NCBI RefSeq assembly: GCF_009914755.1
Contig: NC_060926.1
From: the human T2T-CHM13v2.0 reference genome, Homo sapiens
Strand: one strand, 5' to 3'
Length of the DNA: 64,000 nucleotides
The notes under the pieces are model-generated. The model was not told the DNA's origin. It was given only the letters and a program-made list of their open reading frames with translations, and did not search any database. This document shows, one piece after another, positions 29,190 to 44,064 of the stretch. Position 1 is the first letter of the stretch; every line of letters starts with the position of its first letter. The translations under genes were made by a program, and so were the position numbers.

Positions 29190-32100
29190 TAAAACCCAAA
29201 TGCCTTATTTTCTTCTGCAATGCTGCTTGACCCCAATACAAACTCGACAATGGTTCCAAATAGCCAGAAAACGGCACTTTCGATTTTCCATCCTACAAGA
29301 TCTAGATAATTCTTGTCATAAAATGGGCAAACGGTCTGAGGTGCCTGATGTCTAGGCATTCTTTTACACATCGGTCCCTCCCTAGTCCCAATGCGACTCA
29401 TCCCAAATCCTCCTTCTTTCCCTCCCGCCTGTTCCCTCAGTCCCAACCCCAAGCGTTGCTGAGTCTTTTCAATCTTCCTTTTCTACCAACCCATCTGACC
29501 TGTCCCCTCATCCCCAGACTGCTTCTTAGGTCACTCCCTGCCAGGCTGAATCAGACTCCAATTCTTCCTCAGCTTCTGCTCCTCCACCCTATAATCCTTC
29601 TATCACCTCCTCTCCCCACACCCAGTCTGGCTTACAGTTTCATTCTGCAACTAGCCCTCCCCCACCTGCCCAACAATTTCCTCTTAAAGAGGTGGCTGGA
29701 GCTAAAGGCATAGTCAAGGTTAATGCTCCTTTTTCTTTATCCAACCTCTCCCAAATCAGTTACCGTTTAGGCTCTTTTTCATCAAATATAAAAACCCAGC
29801 CCAGTTCATGGCCCATTTGGCAACAACCCTTAGACACTTTATGGCTCCAGACCCTGAAGGGTCAGAAGGCCATCTTATTCTCAATATACATTTTATTACC
29901 CAATCTGCTCCCAACATTAAATAAAGCTCCAAAAATTAAATTCCGGCCCTCAAACCCCACAACAGGACTTAATTAACCTTGCCTTCGAGGTGTACAAAAA
30001 TAGAGAAGAGTTGCAGTTACTTGCCTCTGCTGTGAGAGAAACCCCAGCCACATCTCCAGCACACAAGAACTTCAAAATGCCTAAGCTAGAGCAGTCAGGT
30101 GTTCCTTCAGGATCTTCTCCATCAAGATCTTGCTTCAAGTGCCAGAAATCTGGCCACTGGGCCAAGGAATGCCCGCAGCCTGGGATTCCTCCTAGGCTGT
30201 GTCCCATCTGTGCAGGACTCCACTGAAAATCAGACCGTCCAACTCACCCGGCAGCCACTCCCAGAGCCCCTGGAACTCTGGCCCAAGGCTGTCTGACTGA
30301 CTCCTTCCCAGATCTTCCCAGCTTAGCAGCTGAAAACTGATGCTGCCCGATTGCCTCGGAAGCTTCCTGGACCATCACAGATGCTTTTGGTAACTCTTAC
30401 AGTAGAGGGTAAATCTGTCCCCTTCTTAATCAATACGGAGGCTACCAACTCCACATTACCTTCTTTTCAAAGGCCTGTTTCCTTTGCCTCCATAACTGTT
30501 GTGGGTATTGACAGCCAGGCTTCTAAACCTCTTAAAACTCCCCAACTCTGGTACCAACTTAGACAATATGCTTTTATGCACTCCTTTTTAGTTATCCCCA
30601 CCTGCCCAGTTCCCTTATTAGGTCTAGGCATTTTAACTAAATTATCTGCTTCCCTGACTATTCCTAGGCTACAGCCACACCTCACTGCCACCCTTTTCCC
30701 CAGTTCAAAGCCTCCTTCATATCCTCTCCTTGTATCTCCCCACCTTAATCCACAAGTATAGGACACCTCTACTCCCTCCTTTGCGACCGATCATGCACCC
30801 CTTACCATCCTATTAAAACCTAATCACCCTTACCCCGCTCAATGCCAATATCCCATCCCACAGCATGCTTTAAAAGGATTAAAGCCTGTTATAGCATGGC
30901 CTTTTAAAGCCTATAAACTCTCCTTACAATTCCCCCATTTTACCTGTTCAAAAACTGGACAGGTCTTACAGGTTAGTTCAGGATCTGTGCCTTATCAACC
31001 AAATTGTTTTGCATATCCACCCCGTGGTGCCAAACCCATATACTCTCCTATCCTCAATACCTCCCTCCACAACCCCTCCACAACCCATTATTCTGTTCTG
31101 GATCTCAAACATGCTTTCTTTACTATTCCTTTGCACCCTTTATCCCAGCCTCTCTTTGCTTTCACTTGGACTGACCCTGACATCCATCAGGCTCAGCAAA
31201 TTACCTGGGCTGTACTGCTGCAAGGCTTCACGGACAGCCCGCATTACTTCAGTCAAGCCCAAATTTCTTCCTCATCCATTACCTATCTTGGCATAATTCT
31301 TCATAAAAACACACGTGCTCTCCCTGCCGATTGTGTCCGACTGATCTCTCAAACCCCCAACCCCTTCTACAAAACAACTCCTTTCCTTCCTGGGCATGAT
31401 TGGATACTTTTGTCTTTGGATACCTGGTTTTGTCATCCTAAAAAAACCATTCTATAAACTCACAAAAGGAAACCTAGCTGACCCCATAGATCCTAAATCC
31501 TTTCCCCACTCCTCTTTCCATTCCTTGAAGACAGCTTTAGAGACTGCTCGCACACTAGCTCTCCCTGACTCATCCCAACCCTTTTTTCATTACACATAGC
31601 CAAAGTGCAGGGCTGTGCGGTCAAAATTCTTACACAAGGACTGGGACCACGCCCTGTGGCCTTTTTATCCAAACAACTTGACCTTACTGTTTTAGCCTAG
31701 CCCTCATGTCTGCGTGCAGTGGCTGCCACTGCCTTAATACTTTTAGGGGCCCTCAAAATCACAAACTGTGCTCAACTCACTCTCTACAGTTCTCATAACT
31801 TCCAAAAGCTATTTTCTTCCTCACACCTGATGCATATACTTTCTGCCCCCCTCCACTACTTCTCAGCAAGCCAAACTCATTGACTTGAGCCCTCACTCTT
31901 GCAAAAGGACCATGTGTCAATATTTATACTGACTCCAAATATGCCTTCCATATCCTGCACCACCATGCTGTTATATGGTCAAAAGAGTTTTCCTCATTAC
32001 GCAAGGGTCCTCCATCATTAATTCCTCTTTAGTAAAAACTCTTCTCAAGGCTGTTTTACTTCCAAAGGAAGCTGGAGTCATTCACTGCAAGGGCCATCAA

Positions 32101-32830
32101 AAGGCGTCAGATCCCATCGCTCAGGGCAACACTTATGCTGATAAGGTAGCTAAAGAAGCAGCTAGCATTCCAACTTCTGTCCCTTACTACCAGTTTTTCT
32201 CCTTCTCATCAGTCATTCCCACCTACTCCCCCACTGAAACTGCCACCTATCAATCTCTTCCCACATAAGGCAAATGGTTCTTAGACCAAAGAAAACATCT
32301 CCTTCCAGCCTCACAGGCCCATTCTATTCTGTCATCATTTCATAGCTTCTTCCATGTAGGTTACAAGCCACTAGCCCATCTCTTAGACCCTCTCATTTCC
32401 TTTCCATTGTGGAAATCTGTCCTCAAGGAAATCACTTCTCAGGGTTCCATCTGCTATTCTACTATTCCTCAGGGATTGTTCAGGCCCCCTCCCTTCCCTA
32501 CCCTTGCCCAGAACTGGCAAATTGACTTTATTCATATGCCCCAAGTCAAGAAACTAAAATACCTCTTGGTCTGTGTAGACACTTTCATTGGATGAATAGA
32601 GGCCTTTCCCACAGGGTCTGAGAAGGCCACCGCCATCATTTCTTCCCTTCTGTCAGACATAATTCCTCAGTTTGGCCTTCCCACCTCTATACAGTCCAAT
32701 AACAGACTGGCCTTTACTAGTCAAATCACCCAAGCAGTTTCTCAGGCTCTTGGTAGTCAGTGGAACCTTCATACCCCTTTCTGTCCTCAATCTTCAGGAA
32801 AGGTAAAATGGACTAATGGTCTTTTCCCAA
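29190..32830 (+). pseudogene. Disrupted HERV-H gag-pro-pol
   Basis: Motifs are spread across several short ORFs (29990-30226, 30351-30761, 30987-31457, 31975-32268, 32407-32595). The protease DTG motif reads NTE and no YxDD motif is visible. Confidence 0.9.
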
Positions 32831-33236
32831 AAACTCGCCAACCAAGCAAGTAATTACACTGAACCCCCTTGGGCACTCTTTAATTGGATGTCCTAGGTCC
32901 TCCCAACTCTTAGTCCTTTAATACCTATTTTTCTCCTTCTTTTATTTGGACCCTGTAGCTTCCGTTTAGTTTCTCAATTCATCCAAAACCGCATCCAGGC
33001 CATCACCAATCATTCTATATGACAAACGCTCCTTCTAACAACCCCACAATATCACCCCTTACCACAAAATCTTCCTTCAACTTAATCTCTCCCACTCTAG
33101 GTTCCCACGCTGCCCCTAATCCCGCCCTGAGAAATATCGCCCATTATCTCTCCATACCACCTCCAAGGATTTTTGCTGCCCCAACACTTCAATACTATTT
33201 TATGTTATTTTTCTTATTAATATAAGAAGGCAGGAA

Positions 33237-33670
33237 TGTCAGGCCTCTGAGCCCAAGCTAAGCCATCATATCCCCTGTGACCTGCACGTATATGTCCAGA
33301 TGGCCCGAAGCAAGTGAAGAATCACAAAAGAAGTGAAAATGGCCAGTTCCTGCCTTAACTGATGATATTCCCCCATTGTGATTTGTTCCTGCCCCACCTT
33401 AACTGAGCAATTAAACTTGTGAGATTCCTTCTCCTGGCTCAAAACCTCCCCCACTGAGCACCCTGTGACCCCCACCCCTGCCTGTAAGAGAAAAACCCCC
33501 TTTGACTGTAATTTTCCACTACCCACCCAAATCCTATAAAACAGCCCCACCCCTATCTCCCTTCACTAACTCTCTTTTCGGACTCAGCCTGCCTGCACCC
33601 AGGTGATTAAAAAGCTTTATTGCTCGCACAAAGCCTGTTTGGTGGTCTCTTCACACGGACGCACATGAAA
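33237..33670 (+). promoter_or_regulatory. HERV-H 3' LTR
   Basis: Preceded by the purine tract AAGAAGGCAGGAA. Intact ATTAAA at 33606-33611. Ends CATGAAA. Confidence 0.93.
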
Positions 33671-35142
33671 CCGGGTTCAAGCAATTATCCTGCCTCAGCC
33701 TCCCCAGTAGCTGGGATTACAGGCACCCGCCATCATGCCCAATTAATCTTTGTATTTTTGTAGAGACAAGCTTTCACCATGTTGGCAGAGCTATTCTTGA
33801 ACTACTGACCTCAGGTGATTTGCCCGCCTTGGCCTCACAAAGTGCTGGGATTACACGCGTGAGCCACTGCGCCTGGCCTAACTTCTTTTCTTTATAAATT
33901 ACCCAGTCTGTGGTATTCTGTCACAGCAAAAGAAAACAGACTAAGACAGAGTCCCTTGATGTAATCATCAGGGGGTCCTTGGCACAGAGCAGGGCATAGA
34001 ATAGATCTGGGCAGAGAGGCAAATAGAAAATACTCAACACAGTGCACGTACAGATTTCCATTCCCTCCTCATTCCATCCTTAGCTGTTTGGATTAATCAT
34101 GTTCCTACGTCTTTCCTCTAGGACCTACAATGGCTCCCACTGTCTTCAGCACCAAGGTTAATCATTTTCGCATCTGAGGAGTCTTAGCCTTTCCCCTGTA
34201 ATCTCCTGGAATGCATCTACTTTTCTAAGTGGACAGGACTCCTAGACAAACAACTAATTCATTGTGGTTCAATCCAGCCTCACAGCTTTTGCCTATGCTA
34301 TTCCCTTGGACAGTCATGGAACATAGAGTTGGGAAGGCTTTTAGGAAGATCTGTTCTTACCCCTTTATGGCCCAGACAGGAAACCTCAGACTTGGTAGGA
34401 AGAAGTGACACACTTAAAGTGACACGCTTCTCCCACCTACCAACCTTCCCTAGCCTCCTTTCTCCAGCCATGGTCTCTGCTAGAAAGCCATGCAGGCTGC
34501 CTGTCCTGTCCTTGGACTGCATTTAAGGTTCTCCCCTTTGATCACTGACTGCCTTGTTTCTAGTTGCTGCCTGTCTCCAACTCCCTCTTCCTTGACCAGA
34601 ATACAAAGTTCTTTTTCTTAACTTTCGCTTCAGCATAGTGTTGGGAATTTGAATGCAACAATTTTCTTTTTAAATTACATCCTTTGATTATAGTTCAACA
34701 ATTTAATCATAGTTATTAAATAACTTAAACATCTGTCTAGTTTGGTACCTGTGGTATAATGGGGGGATAAAAAACCACAGGCTTTAGAATCAAATAGCCT
34801 GGGTTTGTTTGTATTTTTTTAAAAACAAACCTTTGTTGAATTTACTCTGGTGAAAGAAGTTCTTATTGCAGCTGAAAGTGTCACACACAGACTGGGGAGT
34901 AAATGTCCTGTCCTGGTAGAGTGAGGACCCTTCTGATGGATGTTTAAACTACTTCTGCATTTTGCACTACTTCCCCTAAGACATGATAACTTTTGAACAA
35001 GATTAACTTCAATATGAAGTTTAATTTTTTCATTAGAATCAGGATTACCAAACACCCTTTTCTCTAGCTTTGTTGTTCTTCACCTGCAGTCCCTGGATAA
35101 ATTTCAAGGATCTGGTGAATTCTTTTAGAGAGTATGTAGAAG

Positions 35143-35497
35143 TAAAACCACCTTTGCAAAAATGATAACAGTGAGAACATTATGGCAATGGCAGAGATCT
35201 GATCTACCAACCCCACTCTTGCCTTCAAGCTGACTTCATTATTCATAGGCTTAGGGCTAGCTTTGGAAGACAATAATTTATAGTTTAAATAATAGCCCTT
35301 CCCCCAAAACTCAACCACCTTTGTAAAGCTAATGAGAGACCACCAGGTTAGGGGGAGGAGAGGAGCCTAAATTCTGCTAAGGTGTAGACATAAATTATTG
35401 CCAGCCATTATTCCGGAGGTCACAAGATACACAACTTTTCCAATCACTCCTGCAGATAACATCATTCTTGTGGAACATAAGGTTGGCCTTTTGAGAT
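35143..35497 (+). mobile_element. LTR8A/B-like ERV1 LTR, 5' part only
   Basis: AAACCACCTTTGCAAAAATGATAACAG...GCTAATGAGAGACCACCAGGTTAGG...GGTTGGCCTTTTGAGAT. Confidence 0.7.
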
Positions 35498-36535
35498 AGC
35501 TGCTAGCGCCTGTTTTTATCAGAACAGAGCAGAAAAGATTCTTTTGAACTGATAGCCCAAATATCAGTGACTCTGAGTTCCTATTAGCAGGAGGCAGACC
35601 CTCAGTACCTCTGCAGCCTGTGTTTGACCTCTTGGTTATTTTCTGGGCATCTTCAAAAGGGGACCCCAAGAGTTCCCGAGCCCATTGGTCCACCACAGAT
35701 GTCCTGGCACTCCTGGTATCCTCTCTTGGTCTGGCCTCCCCAGCCAGTGCCCATTGCTCTTCAAGTTTCCTGAAGGACTCTCGGTGATGTGATCACCTGA
35801 AAGCCGCCAAGGTCCACTCCCCATGGCCAGAGCAGTGATGGTGCTCTGCCTCCGTGTAAATGAGGAAGAAAAGTGCTATTCCTGATCCTGCCTCCCACCA
35901 AGTGCCTCATGAAAGCAGCCCCTCGGCTTCCTCCCTCTGTTCAGCCTGCACCCCCTCAAAGAAGCCCTCTCCGCCTGGGATGGCCTCCCCAAGCACACTG
36001 GAGCGCCAGCTCATGGAGGGCAACATGTCCATAGCTTGCTGACAGTATGCACTCACACAGTTCAGCTATTAATTTCAACGTGTTGATTAGGTGGTGTTTA
36101 TAATATTTTTATTTTTTTAGAAACAGTTCTTTTACTTCCGAACAATGTAGTACAATTATCTGTGAGCATATCTGTGGTGTTTATGTATTTTCATTTTCCT
36201 GAAGAAAAAGCTTTCGAGAAGCCCTCATAACGGCCGGTGTGAAATGCCTGGGCAGTGACCGCCTCACCCCAGGAACAAGCCACGTGAAGGCCCAGGGTTG
36301 TCCCTCCTCCTCCTCCACACTTCGGAAGCTCTTTTCTTCCCTTCTTTCCACATTGTCCCTGCACATACACCCCTCGCCACCTCCTACCCCACACAAATTC
36401 CCAGCAGCTTTGGTGACAACTCAGACATTCCTCATTACACGGGTCTATACACAATCTTTTATGAGTTAATAACTACAGTTTCCCCCAAGGACAATGGTCA
36501 CACTACATTTGTGGGACTCAAGGGCCCTTTTTGCT

Positions 36536-36628
36536 GAGGAAGGAAAGAAGCCAGGAAAAAAAGGAAGGAAGGAAGGAAAGAAGAAGGAAGGGAGAGAGAC
36601 AAGGAAGGAAGAAAAGCAAAAAGAAGGA
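36536..36628. repeat. (GGAA)n-like purine-rich simple repeat
   Basis: Read directly from the sequence. Confidence 0.85.
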
Positions 36629-39600
36629 TCTTCCCTAAAAGACAACTGAAGCCTCCACCTCTGGTGTCGGAAGCTGTTTGCAACCCCTTTCCCACTCAGG
36701 GAAGCGTTAAAGTTCTTAGGGGTCAGCTTGAGGTTGAGCCCGTTACACAGTGTGAGCACTCAGGTGTGAGCATGCAGGTGTGTTGTGTCAGCGTGTGTGT
36801 GAGGGTGATGTGTGTTCACACTGTCCAGGGCTAAAGGGGTTCAAAATACCCTTCTTATTCCATTTCCACCTCTTATGACCTTCAGAACCTTGAAGTTTTA
36901 TCAGAGGAGTGCAATGGAAGCAGTTCCTCCTTCCATTGCAATCACCTTCTCTCATCTGTTGGGACCTTTAAGAAAAGGGTGGAGACTATTCCTGAGCCAA
37001 TACTAAGGGATATTGCAAAAGGCAGAATGAAGCTGGGGACGTACAATGAGACCTCCTGGGAATGACTGCTGCGAGGAAGCAGCCTGAGCCAGATCTCTGG
37101 CAGGCGGTGTGAGGACCTCGTGATGGGGGCCTCATGATGGCCCTGACACAGCGGGGCCAGGCTTTTGAGTAGAAGGGACAGCTGCAGGGAGTTAGAGGTG
37201 CTGGCCCACGCAGGCAGAGGGGAGGAGTGCCAGCGATTATGTTGGCCTTTTTACACACTGATTTTTTTTTTTTCCCTGAAGGTAAGGATGGGGCAGAGAA
37301 GGTTCTCAAGCAATATTCTGAAATGAGCATGAATCGATGAATCATTTTCCAGAGCTTGGGGGCTTTCCAGGGACAGTGAGCCCCAGGAATCTGACACATG
37401 GACTCTTACCAAGAGAAATGGAATTCCTGAGTGGGGACTGCACAGGAAGCAGTAACGCTTTTCAGCATAAACTGTAGTCATCCTGGCCAGGGCTGCAGGC
37501 AAGTGAGGGAGCAGCTGCGCCCGGGGTCTAGCAAAGCCCTGGTTCCTCCAGTGAGACCCAAAGCATCTCCTGAAGGAAGGTCTCTTAAACGACCCTCAGA
37601 ATCGGATTTCGCTCTGCATCGAGTTTTCTGAAACTTGAAGATCAAATGCTGAGGTTACAAATGCTTTCCATTATTTTCTTCATGGTTTTCTAGATTTTAA
37701 AACATTGCTCTAGCCAGGGTGTTTTCCCAGCCCCCACGTCCATGGCACCCCCAGTCTCTTCTCTGCACATCTGGATTTCCTACGGGGTTTCACTGGTGTC
37801 CAGGGCCGTCACCCAAAGGTGCCTGGCCTGGAGTAAGCAGAGGCTGGAACACAGCCTGAGCCTGGAACACAGCCTGAGCCCTGCTTGTCAAGTTCTGCTT
37901 CTGACCAGCGGAGGGGGGCCCAGACTGGGTGCCTATTTCTAATTCCTGGAAAGGTATGTGCCCGCCGAGGCCCAGCTGGTGTCCCCCTCTAGATGAAGTC
38001 ACCTGCTGGGGCCACCACGACCCACCTGGGGCCCGCTGCCAGATCCCACCAGCCTCTGCCGCCTTTGCCCGGTGCCACTGCCACTGCCCCAGGTCACCAC
38101 CATGATGATGAACCAGGCTCCCCATGAGGTGCCATAGCGGCACTATGTTGTCTGGGGTCTTCCAAGCCACGTTGTTACAGGAAAATGCTACACTTCCCAG
38201 ATGGTTTCAAAGTGCAAGCTGCAATAACTCACAGAGCTTTGGTGAAGTCACTCATTCTATTTTAACTCAACTATGGAACTAACTCTACTGTTGAAGGCAT
38301 GAGGGCGCCGGGCGGGGGAATGAACCAGAGTGGTGGCCATTCTGTGGGCCTTCCAACATTCCTCATCTTCGAGATTTGTCAGTAAGGGATTCTTACTGAT
38401 TCAGACTTGGGTCTGGGTCCTCTTTGTGAAGATACACTTTGTGTCCTCAAATTTGAATGTTTTCCCAGAAAGCTCTTGTGTCCCCAAGACAGATTTCTGG
38501 TGGCCTCCCCATCACTGAGCCAGGCAGGCCCACACATGCCTGCCCCAGGCTTAGGGTGGGGCGTGCTCCATCAGAAAGAACAGGTCGATCTTCTTTCCTT
38601 CTTCCCTTCCTTCCAGGTTACACAGCGACATGCAAAGTCCTCCCCAGTATGGACCACATTGAAGCAGGTGTGAGGCAGACACCAGGGCTTCCCAGCCACC
38701 AGGCTTCTTTGGCCACTTTTTCGTCTTGTCCTGGTAGAAGGTGGCCATGAATCCAAGCACCCCTTCCAGCCTCACGAGATGAATTAATTAGCCTAAACTG
38801 TTTGTGGTAATTCCTTTCCCCTTGTGAGCAATTTGGCACTTTTTGGCACCCAGTCTCTGGTGTGACCTCGCCATCCTCATTGGCACAGCCACCCTGGGAA
38901 CAAAAGCCATCCTCACGTGTCGCTGAGATCCCAGCCATGTGCACACTCAGCCCAGGTAGGCTGCAAGGGCAGAAGCCTCTGAGACCCACTGACTCTTAGC
39001 CTTAATTCTTCCAAATCAACTTTAATTTGCCCCAAATCCCCACACACCAGGACTGTGCCCAGGCTGTGGGGGTCTTACACAGCGTGAAAACTTCAGGAAC
39101 TTCCTGCTGTCATCAGTTACTGGTCTTCCTATTTACCGTTTGGACAACCACAGACTGAAGGAATCTGAAATGGACCCGTCGGGTCAGTGGCTCTGAGCCA
39201 CTGTGGGAATGTCTGGCAAGGCTGGAAGCCCTGGGGTCTAAGGTCCAGGGGGCCAAGGTGCACCTGGGCTGGCCTTTTGTTCACAGGCTTCCCTGTGATC
39301 TCCCTCCAGCCTGGGAGAAAAAAAAAAATCTCTCTTCCATGCTCCTCTCAAAGGCACCCCCTGCAGGACATCCACACGGTCTCTCTGGGAGCTTGGGCTT
39401 TTATTAAAGACACAGCAAGCCTGCCTTGCCAAAATCCCTCAGACAAGGCCATGCCAAGGGCTGGCGACCTCCTGGTAATGTGAGAAGACACCAGAAGAAC
39501 ACGTACTCCTTTTTCAATTAACTGTCCCCCCATCTTTCCGAGGAAATCTGACTCCTGTACCAAGCTTGCCTTCTAAACAGGTTGAGAGCCTAGAAGCCAA

Positions 39601-40249
39601 GGGACAGGGCTGTGAGGGGAAAGACTGGGCCCAGCCAGTGAGTGGGGGGCAGCCTGGGAGGAGCATGTTGGCAGCATGAGCCCAGCAGGGAAAGAAGGCC
39701 TCTGGCCTCTGTCCTGAATGGCAGGAGGAAGTCACCGTCGGCCACCCTCACAGCCCAGGGTTGGGGCTTCTGGAGTGACTGATATCACCCCACGTATGAA
39801 TCTGGCCCTGATGCCAAGGACTGTGATTCAACAAGGCAACTGGGGCCATACACAGGGGTGCTGGGCCCTGTAGGAGACAGTGGCAAGGCCCTGCTCTCAG
39901 GCTCCTGGGTCCCAGTGGGGAGGCAGCCTCATGCATGGATCCTTAGCCCGTGAGGAGCAGGATGGCTGCAATAAGGAGGAGGAAGCCTGAACAGCTGATT
40001 CCTCCTTGGGCGGTGGGTGGGGTTGGCTCTGTGGGATCTGAGAAGGCTTCTTGGGAGAGGTTGGGTTTAAGTTAGGACCTTGAGACAGGCAGGAGGAAGC
40101 CATTCTAGAGAAAGGTGGCAGTTTCTGGGAGGGGTTTATAATTGAAGCTGGGGCATCAGGGGTATGTCAGAAGAAGGAGGGGCAGTGGAAAATAAGCTTG
40201 TAAAAACAGCTTGAGGCCAAACCACAAAGAACACTGAATGCCTGGGGAG

Positions 40250-41340
40250 GGGGAGTTTAGTTTGAATTTTTATTGTTTATGCATGGTCATAGTTTAAGGA
40301 TCCCTGCCCCCAGTCTCAGATTTTGCCTTTTCCTGCTTCCCAAGCTTTCAGCTGGTTCTTTTAGTATTTACCTTCATAGCTGTAAATATTATGCTTAGAT
40401 TACTATTTGATTTTTCTACTTATAATGTCATTCGTTGAGTTTCTGCTACAGAAGATGAGATGTTTATGTATAGTGAGAGCAGTATACATAAACATACTTC
40501 CTATCCCTTCAAATAGAGTTACATTATAATTTTAGTTCATTAATAGTTTGCATTACATTATTATTACTACATCAACAATACTCACAGCTGAATCATATAG
40601 TAGACCATGGTAACCTTTTGCTTGCTTATTTTGTACTTTTCCTGAAATTAATCATTACCTTGTTGTTTGCTTCTTTGTTTTAGTTTGTTTAAGTTTCTAA
40701 GTACTTATTACTAATGAAACCCCAAAGTTTTTGTCAAGTATAGACATCTCCTTTCAGGCTGTTCAGAAAGCCTGTGGTGTCCTACCAACTTCACCCTCCT
40801 GGGAAGCTCTTCTGAACCCTAGAGTCCTGTGCATAACCATTTGGGAAAATCCCTTCATCTCTCTCCTGGGTTAAGGTCCCCTTGCCTTCTTCCTCATTTC
40901 ACCCCTATGTTTTGATAGAGCACATCCCCCAGTAGCTTTCTGAGAAAAGGTGCATTTGGGGCCGTGATACTTGAATACCTGGAAAAGTCTTTTCTACCCT
41001 TGCAGTTGATTGATAGGTTGGCTGGGTATAGGTTTTAGGTTAGAAATCATTTTCCTTTAGAATTTTGAAAACACTGCTCCATTGCTTTAAAAAATGTTGC
41101 AACTGAGAAACATAAAGCCAGCTTGATTTCTGTCTCCTTTGTATGTGATGGGATTTTTTTTTTCTGTTCTTCTGGGAGCTTTTACATCTTCTCTTTGTCC
41201 CCAGTGTTGTGAAATTTCACAATAACCGACCTTGCTGTAGGTCTCTTCATCCATTGTGCTGGAATGGGCCCTTTTAATGTGGAAACTTGTCCCTCTTGTC
41301 TGGGACATTTTCTTGAAATATTTCCTTGACAATTTCTCTG
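40250..41340 (-). mobile_element. Degenerate L1ME-like fragments
   Basis: T-rich, with GGCTGGGTATAGGTTTTAGGTTAGAAATCATTTTCC, typical of antisense old L1. Confidence 0.6.
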
Positions 41341-41584
41341 ACAGTAGGTATTTTTTTCCACCCTTTGAATATAGATGGAAATACCATTTTCCCCAGAATG
41401 TAACCAGATCTTGTCGTTCTAGAATGTAGCCAGGGAAGCAAAGGCATCCAGCTAAGTTTGCCTGTGGTAGGAGTCAGAGCGTAAGCTTACTTTGGAAAGG
41501 GAGTTCTGCGGTCCACTTTCTGCCTCCGCTGAAGGCCTTCATGTCGATGAAGTGCCTGGGAGGTCCTAAGTCTCATCTTATTAG

Positions 41585-41905
41585 AGAAACTGCTCCTGAA
41601 CAGCCTAAGATGTCACCCCATGCATCAGTTCATAGTCTCTTACTCTGCTTGATTTTACTTGCCACATCATAGGTGCTCAATGCTCATTGTTTGTCAAATT
41701 GAATTATTTGGGACACAATTTTCCCGTCTGTAAAATGAAGGTGCTGGACTAGAATTCTAAAAGTCCCAGTAGCTCCAATGTCCAACAACTATGCTTATGT
41801 CACTGTGTTGGAAAATGACTTATAAAAGGGAATGAAATAGTCTCTGTAAATATGTTTCTCTGCCCACATTTAATGAATTGTCTACCACAATGAGGGGGAG
41901 TCCTA
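41585..41905 (+). repeat. Ancient local duplication, copy A (direct partner 46860-47190)
   Basis: Shared core TGCTTGATTTTACTTGCCAC[A/G]TCATAGGTGCTCAA, with colinear similarity for about 300 bp. Confidence 0.85.
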
Positions 41906-42354
41906 TTTGTGGGAGCCTGTGTCCATCCTACTGAGTCAGTGGTTGATGGGGGTGGGGTCCTGGCTGCTGAAGAGCCAACTGGGACCGCAGAGGCCCCTCT
42001 GAGAGCCCTCAGGCTGCCAGACACAAAGCCTGTACCACCTTCAGGATCTGAGCAAACTCAGTGAGGCTGGACCAGTGAGGAAAACGCCCTCCGTCTAGAA
42101 GAACAAGTTACTCCTTCCCCTTCTAGAGGCCCTGGGAGTTGTCCTAGGCTGTTCTTACCCTGGCCCCTTCCCACTTTAATCTAACCGATGACCAAGCCTC
42201 CTCCATCTGCTCCTAGGGTTTCTCACCCACCCACCCTCTGCCCTCCATTCTCATAGCCTACCTCAGATGGCTTTCATCATCTTTTATCTGGCCCCTGTCA
42301 ACTGCCTCCTAACTCCCATCCCTCCACTTAGTTTGTGCTCTAAAACATTCTCCT

Positions 42355-42656
<302 letters not shown>

Positions 42657-42738
42657 CATTCTCACCAGTCACCAGATACACCCTTCCAAGGCACAAAACA
42701 GACTGTGCCCTTTCCCTGTCAAAAACCTTCCACTGCCC

Positions 42739-43262
<524 letters not shown>

Positions 43263-44064
43263 CTAAGGGCACTCAGGAGGCCTCCTGGAAGCTGGGTCCC
43301 TTACCTCCAGCCAGGGACCCTCCCAGTGCCCATCCCCTCCCCTAATTACCTCTAAAGACCCAGTCTGGTTACTTGCTATGAACCAGTCTCAGGCATTGGG
43401 AACCACAGGGATGGGCCAGAGACACACACAAACCAAGAAAACATCTTTGTGGTATCACAAAGCAAAGTGTGAGATGTCAGCCGGAACCAGGAGTGGCCAG
43501 CCTGGACGGTTGCCACTATGGAGGTCCCCGGAGTAAATGTCCGCCTACCCTCACTAGGACCCGTGGGAGGCCAGTGTTCCAGCGGCCACTTCAGGAGACA
43601 CAGGGTCAAAGGGCTGATGTGTCTTTCTGTGATTCCGTCCTGAGGGGCCAGAGGGGTGTGACCAGGGAGTGCCTGCCCCAGCACATAGGATGCCCCAGTG
43701 TGGAGTCCTTAAATGAGCAGGCAGCACGTGTTTACTGGAACCCATATTGAGCCAGAGAAACACAAGAGAGGTAAAAATTATATCATTGTAAACAAGAAAC
43801 CAAAGTTGCTTTTCGTTAATGAGGTGAATAAAACTGACATTTGCATCAGTCATCTTGCATCCAGCACAAGAAACCTGCCCGTGGGTAAGGCCGCCCTCTT
43901 GCGTCGCTGCCTTGTAATGTCAACTCGTCTTAGCCGCATCTGCCCCTTCTCCCTGCGTGCAGGTCAGCACTTGGTACGTTCCTAGGGAAACACCAGGCTT
44001 CAGTTGGCTCCTTGGGGCAGGGGCAGCAGCCGCCCAAGCCGGGCTACAGCTACTCTATCCGAAC

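Larger units (their letters stand above)
28107..33670 (+). mobile_element. HERV-H provirus, non-autonomous deleted form, with two LTR7-family (LTR7B-like) LTRs
   Basis: LTRs at 28107-~28562 and 33237-33670. tRNA-His PBS GGTGCCGTGACTCGGAT at 28564-28580. Gag zinc knuckle CFKCQKSGHWAKEC, protease VEGKSVPFLINTEAT, RT SVLDLKHAFFTIPLHP and QGFTDSPHYF, RNase H IYTDSKYAF, integrase WQIDFIHM. Env largely deleted. TSD CCAG/CCGG. Confidence 0.97.
27987..33878 (-). mobile_element. AluS split by HERV-H (27987-28106 and 33671-33878)
   Basis: ...CTGCCTCCCAG|provirus|CCGGGTTCAAGC... rejoins into one continuous antisense Alu. Confidence 0.93.
27739..33948 (+). mobile_element. MST (C/D-like) LTR split into 27739-27990 and 33880-33948 by nested Alu and HERV-H
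   Basis: 5' part TGCTGTGGTTTGAATGTGTCTCCCAAA, 3' part TTCTTTATAAATTACCCAGTCTGTGGTATTCTG...GACTAAGACA. Confidence 0.8.

Noticed and set aside
29990-32595. HERV-H ORFs as functional gag/pro/pol genes
   Set aside because: Fragmented by stops, frameshifts and deletions. Catalytic protease and RT motifs are missing.
34145-34162. REST/NRSF-like TTCAGCACCAAGG
   Set aside because: Only the left half matches. The right half GGACAG is absent.
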